In this document: positions 30,014-43,800 of the stretch, piece after piece | Layout of the letters: the number at the start of each line of letters is the position of its first letter | How positions within the stretch are numbered: the stretch's first letter is position 1 | Assembly: GCA_023213395.1 (NCBI GenBank) | Contig: CM041465.1 | Coordinates: 88,171,741 to 88,235,740, forward strand | Source: Cycas panzhihuaensis | Taxonomy: Eukaryota > Plantae > Cycadophyta | DNA length: 64,000 nucleotides | Direction: 5' to 3' | Made by a program: the position numbers and the translations under genes | The notes under the pieces: generated by a model | What the model saw: the letters and a program-made list of their open reading frames with translations, nothing else | Databases searched by the model: none | What the model was told of the DNA's origin: nothing

Positions 30014-33000
30014 TGTTAGAAAATAAGCATGCAAAGCTCTATACCATGTTAGAAAAATAATATGCTATGCATGCAATATATGAACTAAGATGGTGAGTTA
30101 ATGATACAACAATGAAGCTCAAAGAAGATGAAGTATGTACAAATGAACACGAAAGATGGAGAAATGACCAAAACTCAAATTAAAATAAATGATAATATAT
30201 ATACTTATAGTACAAGCTCACCATTAATGAGAGAACTCCATTGGCCAATCTTAAAAGTAGCACACATCTCTATATGGCTTACAACCTCAAATATAAAATA
30301 TATATAAATGTAGAGAGAGTATATATGAGGGTGATTATGTAAGTGGATATTACACCCAACATTTCCCCCCTATAATAGTCAATTACATAATGAAATGTCA
30401 CATCAAATGATAAGTGTTGAGTCTTCAATTAAATGCTAGATCATAAGCTATTACAAGAATATAACTAGTTACTAATGTTCATATGAGGAGAGAACACCAT
30501 CCACTGGACCACATAGATAGCCAATTGCTGTGACTATTGGTAAACTAAGATGTTCCTTTGTGTATATGGTTCAATCAATGTTAGTAAGAGTAGTTGTAAA
30601 GGGATCCCACCTCTTGTTTAAATGGGATAACGCAAATAGTCTTCAAATGGTTCTATGGCCTCAAATTACCTCTATGGGCTAAAAACATACCTCTTTGGGC
30701 TTACATCATGCCACCATGGACTAAACATCTAATAATAAATGTTATATATGAATTGAAAGATAGATGTGACTTAAGTACAACATGAATGACTCTCTCATAT
30801 AATAAAGTTCAATATGAAATGGGTTCTCTAGAGCTAAAAAATGAGACCTTAGTACATGTTATCCCCCTTATTTGGGGTATATCATATCAATAAATATCAT
30901 GGAGTCTTTAAAAATATATATATATACTTGAAAAAACTAAAAAATAAAGAAAAAAAGAAGTTTTTTTTTTTTTTTTTTTTGTCTTTGGACTGAAATTTTT
31001 GCATTAAATCGACTACAAATAATATTAAGGGACCTGCCAAATGAAAGCTCTCTCAATTATAAATCCAATGCAACTGATGGGATTGAAGACAAAGTCTCTT
31101 AGCTTAAGTTATAATAAAAAAGATGACAAAGACTCTATAAATGCTGAAAATTAGGGGTTTAAACCCTATCACCAGCGAGCTAAAGATCTTATGGGCACTT
31201 AATGTGACCTAGGGCTTATACAAACAAGGGTTGGGTAGACCTAAAAAATTATCCAATATAATTAATATAATTTTTTTGAATGTAAAAAAAATATTAATCA
31301 TGCCCAAAACATTAATATACACAAATAAAATATAAAAACCCTATTAGGGTTTACATGCCATTTTTGCTGAATCACCATTATTTTATGATTATAGGTTGTA
31401 AGTATACACAAGGGGGGCAGCATGATTCAATTGGCTTTGCTCCTTGATGCAGAGCAGTACCAAAATATTCACTTTTTGTCTTTAAAGATTTAACTTTATT
31501 CTCATGCAAAATCTCTATTTTTCCACTGCTCAACTCATTTCTGGCCTCTATTCCTGATAAGAAAATACTTCTTACTCAGAATACTCTAAATCTCCTTCAC
31601 TACAGTTTGAAAAGCAAGAGTAACATTTGTAGCATCAAGTGCCATCATATGTTTATCACAGGGCTTCCATTGTTGTCTATAGATGCATTTGCTCTTAGTG
31701 ATGGCAGTGAGCTCTATTCTCCTTCACCTCATGTCTCTTAATAACTGCTCTTCTATTTTGACTACTGTTATAAAGAGACAAATCAAGTGTCACCTAATCA
31801 TAGAAGACCTTCTTCCAGAAATGCCATGCTATAGAGATAGGTCTAGACTTGGTGCACTAACAAAGTCAACATCATCTACAAATGACTACTTATGGCTATT
31901 AAACATGGAACAACCATGAGCCCTTAGAAAAGAATGTTCTTGACTTTCCCTATCAAATTTGTTAGGAAAGCCAAACATGGAACTGTTGGGCTCTAGGAGA
32001 GAATCATAGGAATCATCATCTGCTAAATCACTTTCTCCAGTTCTAAAAAAATGGTGCATACTAATAGCCCTTCTTGATAGAGGGATTAACTAGTAAGAGA
32101 ATGCATTATATCCACTAGTAACTTTGCAGAGTTTAGGACAACCACCGATAACTCTATAGAGTTTAGTACAACCACCTATTCTCTACAAATCTTTATTTAC
32201 TTTAATTTCTTCAAACCTCTTCTACAACTTTAACATCTATACCATCTATTACTGCATAATAGAACATCATTCAGACACTTGACACTACACATAGCTATAG
32301 GAGATGGTGCTCTAGAATAACTGAGATTATAGGTCAGGCGAGTATGGCTACAGTGAGCATGGGATGGCAATATTAGAAAATAATGTTTATCCTAAGTCAT
32401 AAGTTGATATGTCTTATGCATCCTTAAGTGACTATTAATGCACATCAATTACTGGTTGGTTCTAGGGTGGTTATAAACCCTATTAGTATATATGTACTTA
32501 CACCATGGATAAGAATTGAATCAATTCTTTCTTTGATCATTAAGTTTGTCCAACATGGTATCAAAGTGGGACACCTGGACCTATTAAAGAAGAAGATCAT
32601 CCTGAAGCTAGACCAGACCAAAAAAACTAAAGGATCTAAAAGGAAGCTAGAAGGATGAAAGAGGAAAGTGCTAAGCCACTTAAAGGTAGAAAGGACTCTA
32701 GACTAGTTCCGTACAACACCAGAGTATCAATTCATATAGCCGTACGATCAATTTTTTTGAGGTTCTTAAATTGACGCAAAACTTTGCCAAAATATAGATT
32801 GAGGTATTTCAAGCAAGTTTTCCTTCTATGGCAAGTCCATCTAAGGTCATCTTCATCAAGTTTTTTGCTAAAAACAAGTTTGCATGGAAGAGAGAAAATA
32901 CAGTGAAAAATCTTAAATTTTCTTCATTTTTTCACTAAAGATTGGATGTAAAAGATCTGTTCTTAGATTTCAATCACATTTGAAGACTTTTTCACAATTA

Positions 33001-36000
33001 TTTATGGCTATTTCAATCAAAATAAGTAATTTCCCTCTGGAACCCTAGCCATAAATTATAGTTTTCAGGGCTGATTTCTTCTCCGTTTGAAGTCAGATTT
33101 TAGATCTGAGTGCAGATTCTAGTTTGCCTCTGAATAAGATTTCATTCAAGGTACACTTCATTTCCATACATATGACTTACATGCTATCACAATCCATACA
33201 ATCATATAGCCTAGGGCATCAAGAATTATATTTTTGGCTTAAGAATGACATCCTTCATGTTAGCCTTATTCGAAAGTGAAAAACTCATTGATAATAATGA
33301 TCACATATGGAAGATTAAGATAGAAACCTTCTTAGGGCAAAAAATATCTAGTAAATTGCTATTGGAAATGAAGCTAAACCTTAAGATGCAGGTGATGCTA
33401 AAACTAATTGGGAAGAAAGGGATAATACTGGACTCATAATATTAAAACTATCAATATCTGACCCTCTTTTCATTTATGTAGAAAGTCTTTATTCTACCTA
33501 AAGCATTTGGAAATATCTAAAGAATTTGTATGGCGAAAAAAATGGAGCTAAGATAATAACTCTTAAAGAGGAATTATTCAAACTCCACATGAAAGAGTAA
33601 AAAATAATCATAGAATTTTTACATAAGGTGATTTCGCTAAAAAATGATTTGGATAGTGTAGGTGATCTAATCTCATATTAAGCATTAGTGGAATTCATGG
33701 TTAGAAAACTACCCAAGTTATTTGATATTATAATAAACACCATCACTAATGCAAATCAAATAACAACTATGATAACAGACACCTTGATAGGACTCTTACT
33801 CCAATAGGAGTAAAGAAATAGGCGATACAAAGATGTAGGAGACCTTGAGGACACATTTGCATCCAGAATGAGTGTGGGATCTAGAGGGTCAAGTAGAGGA
33901 AGAGGAAAAGCTCCAGAAACTCGTACTCCATCACGAGGACATTGGTAAGACTCAAGAGGATGAGGCAGCAATACACCATTAAAGATTTGTTACTCTTGTG
34001 ATAAGATTGGTCACTTTGTTAATTCCTATAAAGCCTTTGATATATGTTACCATTATGGAAAATTAGGACACTACCCATACTGGTGCAAGAAAGCAAACAT
34101 CTAAAGAGGAAGAAGCCCATGGGAAACTATAGCAAAGAATAAGAAGGCGACGATGAGAATGATGAAGAGGAAGAAACAAAGTTCATTGTGGCACTTACAA
34201 TAAGCATCCAGGATAAAGACATATGGTACATAGGTTTAGGAGCGTTACATCATATGATAGGTCGAGAAGAGTGGTTCAAGACTTTACAGCCCTATACCAC
34301 CAACAAATTAGTAGAATTGGGAGACAAATACTCCCTTGAAATTAAAGGAATTGGAATTGTTGCAGTTAAAATAAAAGATAGAATTAAAAAAAATTAGAAA
34401 TATAATTTTAGTGTCAAGTCTAAAAATGAATCTCCTATCTATCTCTCAACTAAAAGAAGGGATTAGTCATGTTTGATGAAAAGGGTTTTGTTACATCCTT
34501 GATATGAAAAATAATAGGAATATAATTGTAAAAGGGGTTAAAAGTAATGACCTATATAGGCTGCTATCACACCCCATTTTGCTTGATGTAAAAACTTGTG
34601 CTACTATAAGTCTTAATGAGAAAATGTGGCATTTGAAGTATGGTAATCTTCCCATAGAAAAATTAAAAAATACAGAGAAGAAAAGCTTAGTGACTAGTTT
34701 GCCTCACTTCACATCAAATAATTTCATTTGTAAAGGGTGTCAATTTAGTAAACAACACAGACAACCATTTCAAGAAAGTAAGTGGCAGGCCCAAGAAAAA
34801 TTAGAATTGATACATACAAATCTATGTGGTCCTTTCACTCCACACTCCATAAAAGGAAGTAGATACATTTTTACTTTTATAGATGATCTGACTAGAAAGA
34901 TTTGGGTTTATTTTTATGTACTAAATCTGATGTTTTTGATATGTTTAAAGAATTCAAAGCTGAAATAAAACTAGAAACTAATACCAAAATCAAATGCATA
35001 AGGTCTAACGATGGAGGTGAATATATCTCCAAAGAATTTTTGGAGTATTGAAAAGCTAGAGAAATACAAAGATAATTTTCAACTCCCTACACACCCTAAT
35101 CCAATGGGGTTGTAGAAAGAAAAAATAGGGTTCTCATGGAAATGGCAAGGAGTATGATGCATGGGAAAAATGTTCAAAAGTCATACTAGGATAAAGCAAT
35201 TAGTATAACCTACTATTTACTAAATAGAAGTTCAACAAAGGCAATGGAATGATACACTCGAAAAGAAGCATAGTCAGGAAGGAACCCTGACATAAGCCAT
35301 CTAAAGGTATTTGGAAGTCAAGCCTTTATTCATATCCCAAATAAGAGAAGAACTAAGCTAGATTCAAAAAGTTTGGAATGCATCATGGTAGGATACAACA
35401 AAAGTTCAAAGGCATACAAGTGTATAGATCCCAAAACCAATAAATTTTATGTAAGTCGAGATGTTATCTTCAATGAGGAAGACAAAGAAGAAAATACAAG
35501 TAATAGAAAGGATACCTCAAGCGACTCCACCATGCAACTTTGTAAAGAAAAATCGGATATAACTTTAGAAGAAATCTCAAAAGGATCCGCCTCATCCCCG
35601 AAATTGTACTCAGACTCCACCATTGAAGAAGGCCCCTCTGAAGAAGCAAATGTTGAAGGAAAGAAGGTCCCCAGATGGTATCTCAAAACTATAAAGGAAA
35701 GTAAAGGTGAGATATTTTCTCATAGAACTAGAAGCCAAAATCCAAGGGCCTTATTTAGTAGTATAGAGTCATAATCCCTTTCTGAAGCCAAAGATCATAC
35801 ATAATAGAAGAAGGCCATGGATGATGAGATAAATTCAATAAATAAAAATCAAACCTAGGAATTAGTAGATCTACCATTAAATAGATCAACTATAAACTGC
35901 AAATGGGTATATAAAATAAAAGGGGCCACGATGGAAAGATTGAGAAACACAAGGCTAGATTAGTTGTAAAAGGATATACCCAAGCGCAAGGATAGACTAC

Positions 36001-38672
36001 GAAGAAAATTTCTCTCCAGGTGGCCAAATTAAACCACAGTGAAGAACAGTCCTTAGCCACTGGTAGATCAAAGAAATTGGAAAATATTTCGGTGGACATA
36101 AAAGTACTTTTTTGAATGGAGAACTAGAAGAAGAGGTGTATATATCCTAACCAAAAGGCTATATCAAAAAAGGACAAGAGCATTTAGTATACAAGTTAAA
36201 AAAGGTTCTATATGGTTTGAAACAAGCTCTCTATGCATGGTATGCTAAATTAGATAGCTATCTTAGCAAAAATGGGTTCAGAAGGGGTAGCTTAGATTCA
36301 AGTTTATATATAGAAAATAGAAATGGAACAATAAGCATAATAGCGTTTCGTAGATGACATGATCCTTACAAGTGATGATAACGAATCATTATCGATATAA
36401 ATAAGCAATTGGAAAAGAAATTTGAGATGATTAACTTGGGACTTCTCAACTATTACCTGGGGATCTAAATTAAACAATAAAAGCTGGTTTAGTTACCTTC
36501 TGTCAAAGAAAATATGTTAAAGATTTGCTCATGAAGTTTAGAATGGAAGAGTACAATCCTTGCTCTACTCCCATGGAAGAAAATTGTAATCTAGTGCTAG
36601 TTAAAGAAGAACCCTGCTTTAATGCTACATTATACAAACAACTTGTTGGAAGTCTTATCTACCTCATAGTAACTAGACCTAACATCTTGTATGATGTGAG
36701 TCTAATATCAAGATATATGCATGAGCCAAAAATAAGACATTAGAATACTGGAAAAAGAATCTTGAGATATCTCAAAGGAGTAATTGAATTGAAACTAATA
36801 TTTCTAAAGGAAACATCAGGCCAACTAATAGGATTCTGTGACTCAGATTAGGCAGGTGATAAAGAATAAAGAAAGTTAACCAGTGGATATTGCTTCTTCC
36901 TAAGATCATCACCAATCTCTTAGAGCAGTAAAAAATAAGCTACTATAGCACTATCATCACCCAAAGTAGAATATAAATCAGTCATCAGTGTCGTAGTAGA
37001 AGCAGTTTGGCTCAGAGAAATAATGAAAGACTTAAAAGCTCCTCAAAAATCTACAACGACTCTTTATTATGACAATTAGAGTACAATCAAGCTCACCAAA
37101 AATCTAGTATTCCATTCCAGAACTAAATACGTTGAAGTTCAATATCACTTTATTAGGGAAAAGGTTCAAAATAAAGAAATAGATCTTGTTTATTATCCTA
37201 CAAATGAACAAGTAGCTAATATATTAACAAAACCACTAAGGAAAGATAAATTTCAAATTCTTAGAGACAAAATAGGACTAGTTAGATAAAACATTAAGAG
37301 AGGGTGTTAGAAAATAATATTTTATCCTAAGTCATAAGTTAATATGTCTTATGCATCCTTAAGTGACCGTTAATATAGATCAATTACTGGTTAGTTTCAG
37401 GGTGGTTACAAACGTTATTAGTATATATGTACTTATATCATGAATAAGAATTGAATCAATTCTCTTTTTGATCATTGAGTTTATCCAACAAACAACGACT
37501 TCTATATCATTATTTAGGGCTTCAAATCTTTCAACTTAGAATAGACAATGGCATGCGAACCTATCAATTCTACACCATGGTCTCATTGCTCGTAATCTCA
37601 GAGCTTGCATAATAACAATAGTTGTAGCGATAACATCCACACCTAATGTTTCAAATAGCTACCATAGGACTTTATTATTATTATTTTTTAATATTTTTGA
37701 TAATAGATTTAATACGTTTGACTCCTTCTTACTTATAGTAGGTTTGTTATTTGTGCAAGGTGATCATGCCTACATTTAGAGCTCTTTTGTAATAATTTTT
37801 TGCTTCAAACAATAAGCTTTAAATATATGTTTTATAACCCTTGAATCAAAACCTACATGTTATAAAATGGACCCACATGCAGCTTCAAATCTGGTCACAA
37901 AAAACATAAATCTATAGCTTTAAAACAACTCTACAGTAACTTCAAATCTCTAAAAATTAAGCTTAAAAAATAGTCTTAAAATAGCTTCAGAACAAGCTTC
38001 AAAGTAGCCTTTAATAATAACTCCAATTAGGATTTGAACAACCTTTAAACAATATCAAAACAACTCCTTTAAATTTAAAAAGTAATAATGAAATACCCTA
38101 AATACTTCAAAAAATAATCCCTTAAAAATATGCATAAAGTGCAATAAACGTTGGCTCCAAATAACTTTAAATAACCCTTTAAATAAACAATGAACATGTC
38201 ACTAATCAAGCACAGTATAGGTTCCTCAAAAATTTGAAAAGGCTTCAAAAAATCAAAAGGATAACATGTACAAAGGCTCTATAATATTGTCTTTAAGGAT
38301 TCAAAACCTTGGACTCTCATACCATGTTAGAAAATAAGCATGCAAAGCTCTATACTATGTTAGAAAAATAATATATTATGCATGCAATAGATGAACTAAG
38401 ATGGTGAGTTAATGATGCAACAATGAAGCTTAAAGAAGATGAAGTATGTACAAATGAACACGAGAGATAGAGAAATAGCCAAAACTTAATTTAGAATGAA
38501 TGATAATATACATTCTTATAATACAAGTTTACCATTAATGAGAGAACCCCATTGGTCAATCTTAAAGGTAACATACATCTCTATATAGCTCACAACCTTA
38601 AATATAAAATATACATAAATGTAGAGAGAGTATATATGAGAGTGATTATATACTTCGGTATTACACCTAATA
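30014..38672 (-). mobile_element. Element A: non-autonomous LTR retroelement (~3.5 kb without the nested copia-2)
   Basis: LTRs 30014-30361 and 38325-38672 (348 bp each); perfect TSD ctttg (30009-30013 and 38673-38677); iMet-type PBS 38313-38324; PPT 30362-30370. No gag or pol motifs recognised inside. Confidence 0.92.
32371..37490 (+). mobile_element. Copia-2: full-length decayed Ty1/copia with short LTRs, 5.1 kb, nested in element A
   Basis: LTRs 32371-32555 and 37305-37490; PBS tggtatcaaagt 32556-32567; PPT aagagaggg 37296-37304; degenerate TSD ggcaa/aacaa. LELIHTNLCGP...FTFIDDLTRKIWVYF (integrase); YKQLVGSLIYLIVTRPNI (RT); RNase H NLVFHSRTKYVEVQYHFIREKV. Confidence 0.96.
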
Positions 38673-38677
38673 CTTTG

Positions 38678-38941
38678 TTGATATATTAACCAATTATTTC
38701 ATTATATTTTTAGGGTGGTTTGCTTATAAATTAAGCCCATACCTTATGCTTTATACATTGGATTTTATTACATGCAGAAGCTCTACCAAAATTGAGATGC
38801 ACAGTGTAATCAATTAAACCATAGAATATTTCTGTTGTATTTAACTCTATTATCTTATATTTTGATCTTAGTTTATAAGTTATTTATGTTAATGCATATT
38901 AATTTAGATCTTGTTGCTTGATTTAACATGGCATCATAGCC
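38678..38941 (+). repeat. Probable 3' part of the copia-3 5' LTR plus PBS (its 5' part ~29967-30013 lies beyond element A)
   Basis: gatttaaca|tggcatcatagcc at 38920-38941 reads as an LTR end plus degenerate TGGTATCAGAGCC; the element A TSD joins 30013 to 38678. Confidence 0.55.
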
Positions 38942-40891
38942 TATTATGTGTATTTCGTTTAATATTTTGTGAGTTTTGGTTAAAAACAATGGTCTTTTTA
39001 TCAATAATGACATCCCATTCTCATCATTTTAAAAATTTTTAACAAATATAAGTAGCATAAGATAAATATGATTCTACAATAGGTGCTTTCCATCATATAT
39101 TATCTTCTATGTACAGGTCGACATGTTTGTAGTAGTCCACATGCCTCTTTGCTCTAGTTTCATCTGAAAATGATAAAAATGACACATCATTTCCACCGTT
39201 CAACCTCTATTTTACTATGTACCAATATATGGTGGTTCTAAAGCTATTCATACTCATTTTATTTTACTACAAATCTGTTTAGAGGAGGGATGTATAGACA
39301 TATAGGCCCATTGAGTCTAATTTAATCTACCATTAAGGAGTCACTACTTATTTTTTGTCTATAGTTCACGTGGAAATCCTACGAAGGCTGTGGATATGTT
39401 TGAGCTACTGGAGCCATTTGAAAGCCTATAATAGTAGAAAACCTGATCATACATCATATCTAGACTAGCACAATCATCCCTAGATCGATATGTATCGAAA
39501 ATGATAATGTTTTCATCAATTTCTCCTCATTGTGGATGCAAAAAGTTGTAATCTAACATGACTATTAAAATTTGATTTTAATCTTTATTTTTTTCTAAAG
39601 TTTGATCTATATTAAATTAAATTTGATTTGGGATTGAGATTTGTTGAAGAGGACTAGTCTATTAGTCATATTTAACCCCATAGTATTGGGGTTTAGTTAT
39701 AAAAAGGGGCAGATTCTAAAGATTATAAGCTACTTTTTATAATTTTTATATAATAAAAAACTTTATTCTATATTTCATACTCTTTTGAGGTCTACTAAGC
39801 CTTTTGGAGTCTATTCGGTGGTCACATGCATTTGTTTTATGATTGGGGGCCAACCAATAAAGAGGGCTTAACCCAACTCTACCTTATCTTTTGCCCTTAA
39901 GGAGTACTTATTAATATTTTGACCATAACGTTTCAATGGAAAGTCAAATTTAAGCACTATCTAAACCATTAGAAAGTTGATTCACAAGGCTACAACTTGG
40001 AGGTTCATCTAAATTTGAGTATTCTTTTAAGGGATTATTGGTAAATAAAGTTGACATTCTTATTTGAGTTGTGCTAAGGCTTATTTTCATTAATTAAAGC
40101 CTTAGTTTTATTTTACAAAAGATATTTTGTTACTAAATGCTATTTTCATCATTTAGTTGGTTGTCCTACTCTATTTTTTGGGCTAATAAGTACTTGTAGT
40201 TTGTTATTGTATGTGTCCTCTTGAGTGAAAGAGGTTAGGTTTCACTTGTGAAAAGTCCATAAAAAAGAGCTCCATAACCCTATCTTTTCTCTTTAAGTTA
40301 TTTTCCTTAGTTTCTTTACTTTTATTTTTCATAAAAATAATCTTGTATGTAAATAAGACCACATCCTAAAATCATTTTTTAACTCAAAACTAAGAAAGAT
40401 AATTCCTAATTCATAAGAAAACATTTTCTAGTCTTATAAGGAGAATGATTAAGACCCCTGAAGTTACCACTCCACATACATCTTTAGTTTTTCTCAAACT
40501 CTAAATACATTAAAGAAACCCATTAGCTATTAGGTGTATTAAGTGGCAAGTTGAGATATAAACCCTACCTTAGTGTTTAGAGGCTTGACTAAATGCAGAG
40601 GGAGTGAGTTCCTTAGTTAATAATTTTTAACTAGATTTATCACTAGACATAAGTTTGGTACATGTAGACTAACAAGTCAAGGGGTTTTTTGACCTTCTTA
40701 GTAGCTCATATACTGAGTTATATAGAGCATTAAACTTATGTATCAGTATATAGCATCCCTAATTTGCTACTTATGGGTAGATACCACTAGATAGGATAGC
40801 AACGAGGACTTCTTGGAGCCCTAAACTAAGTAACACATTAGGTAGTTCGGACATCAAACGGATACTAAACGACACATAGCGTCACTCTACA

Positions 40892-43800
40892 ATGGCAACC
40901 CAAATGTTCCTATCTAATGTTATCAAACTTAATGGCGTAAATAATTTCTTAACTTAAAAGAAACAAGTTAAGAACCTCTCTTATCATGAATGACTATTGG
41001 GCTTATATCAATGGAGATATACCCCTACCTACATCTACCAACGACCCAAATGATACTACCATTGTCATCCCACTTGATCTAGTTGCCTTAACCAACTTCA
41101 ATGTTAAGGATAATATAGCCTTATAATTTCTCCACTTGACTATAGAAGACTAAGTGGATCAAAATATAGAAATTATTCAAACCTCTCATGAAGCTTAGAG
41201 CATCTTATGCTCCCTCTATAAGAGGAGAGATGAGTCAAGATCAACAACATTAAAGGTACACTTGTTTAAAATACCTTTATTAGAATTGTCATCATCCACT
41301 TAACTAAGGTAAAAATAATAAGAAACCAACTCATAATTCTTAGTGAACCTACATCTGATCATGACTTAGTATACAGCATCCTTAATATCCTTCTTATAGA
41401 ATATAATAGCTTTGTGTCCAAACTTTATAATAATTATACCAAAATGGACTTCATCACTTTTGAAAGACTTTTTCTCAGAGAGGAGAACATCCTTAATTAC
41501 TAAAGAGTGGCATCTACTTTTAACTTTGTGCTTATATTTATAGCCAAGAATTTAGAAAAGAATAGACTAAGTAAATAGCCAAGTAAGTAGCCATGTCATT
41601 GATAAACCCTTAAGCAAGAGTTTGACTCCCTTAACATCTCATAACAACCACATTAGTAGCCAACATATCAATAATCATGATCTTAATAAGTTGGCACTTC
41701 ATCATAACAAGTTCATCAGCCTCAACAACCACATCAACCATAATAACCTTAATAACCAAGGAATCAATAGTATTAAAAAAAATATCACTTGCATGTATTG
41801 TGGGAAGAATAGACATTTGGCTATTGACTGTAGGAGAAGACAAGCTTATTTTAGATGTTTCAAAATTAAGGGAATAATTTTGTAGGCTAAACTTTCAATA
41901 AAGGTGGATCTAGCTTCTAATAAGGTGGACTTAGTTTTTAACTAGGAGGCCCAACCCTTCAACAAGAAGCCCTATACTTTTAATAAGAAGATTTCAATCT
42001 TCAACAAGGAGGCCCTAATTTTCCATAAGGAGGGCTAACTGATCAATAACTAGGCTAATTCTTATAATAGAATTGGGATCAAAGACAAAATTGAAATTAA
42101 TGCCAACCAAATATACAGTGATTCTAACCAAGAACTCTAAAGAACAACCAAAACTCTCAATAAGGAGGTAATATGCTAGACACTCAATACTCCTCCTAAA
42201 ATTTATTCTTTACAACTTTGTCATCCCAACATGATGATAATTCTTGGTTACTAGATTCGGTGCCACATGCGATGGATCATCATAAAAGACATGTTGGAGG
42301 AGATATATCCATTCAACACTCAAATAATCATATTTCGAGGTAACCTCACCTATGATATGACCAAAAGTAGAAGGGCTCCCATTGTATTAAAGGATTCCAA
42401 AATATGACAACATATCAACAATGTATTCTTAATTTTAGGCATGAAGATAAACCTACCTTCTAGTAGTCAAATTGATAAGAAGAACCTAGATGTCCTCTTT
42501 AGTTAAAGCATCTGTATTATTATTAATTACACTAATAGATAACTTATTGCAACAAGACATGAGGATAGTAGCTATATAAGCAGCGAGTTCTCCTTGCCAC
42601 TAGTCCACCATAAAAATCACATTCAATGGTATAGAATACTCAACTTGACAAGGAGAAAACAATCATGGTTGAAGACTTATCTCTTGTCTAAGAACAAGGT
42701 GAATTCTCTAATTTTAAAGAAAAATCTACCTTAAACAACACCGAAGACTATTATGACATCAACACCTTGGTCACTTAAATATGCGAGCTTAAATCATATG
42801 TCTAGGCTTCATATGGTACATACACTTCTAGTCATCTAGAGAAATAGATGCATTGTGAGGATTGCTTAATGAGAAAATGATAAAGAAAAATTTCCATCTA
42901 AGAATAAATGAAGCCTCAAAATCATTGGGATTAGTCTACTTAAATATTTGTAGACCCATGTTAGTCCCCTCTCTCAATGGAAGCATGTTCTTCATGACAT
43001 TTATAGATGACTATTGTAAGAAAGTATGGGTCTACTTCCCAAGGAATAAGTACCAAGCCCTTGAAAAATTTAAAGAATTCAAGGTTAAGGTAGAGAATGA
43101 AAGTGGCATGAATATCAAGATCCTAAGATTTGATAATGGATGGGAGTATATATCAAACAAATTCATCAATTTTTACAAATAATATGGTATCAAACACGAA
43201 TTCTCTACCTCATACACCTTAGTAAAATAGTGTAGTAGAAAGGATGAATCAAACATTGGTGAATAAAGAAAAGCCATGTTGAGTGTTGCCAATATCAACT
43301 CTGCGTGTTTGACTAATAAAAATATCACAATAATAGTCAAAGATATCACCCCTATGGAGGCTTGGTCAAGAATCGAACTAATAGTTTCTTACTTAAAGAT
43401 ATTTTGATGCACAACTTACAAATTCATTCCTAAGGAGAATAGGAAGAAGTTAGATGACAAAAGCCTTAAGTATATTTTCCTTGGTTATGTACCTGGATGT
43501 AAAGCTTATAATGTTTATGACATTATTAGAAACTAAGTCTACACTACTCAGGATATAATATTTGCTAAAAGTACTTAGGACCTAGATCCCTCAAAAATCT
43601 AATTTATAGTAGAATATGATGTTCATACACCTGAAGTGCCTCTTGCACTAATTTTGGAGCCACTAACACCTACATCCTCTTATATACTAGGTTCATCTTT
43701 AGCTCTAGTAGCCCCAACATCTACATCAGATGCTAGCACATCAATGCCACCCATTTCAGTTGATGACCTTTAGTTGGAAGCCACCAATTTTAACCACCTC

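Noticed and set aside
31150-31352. Telomere-like aaaccct/agggttt motifs in short palindromes
   Set aside because: Isolated copies inside element A, not an array.
41622-41885. Asn/His-rich 87-aa protein
   Set aside because: Shifted reading of the Q-rich copia-3 gag that regains frame at the zinc knuckle.
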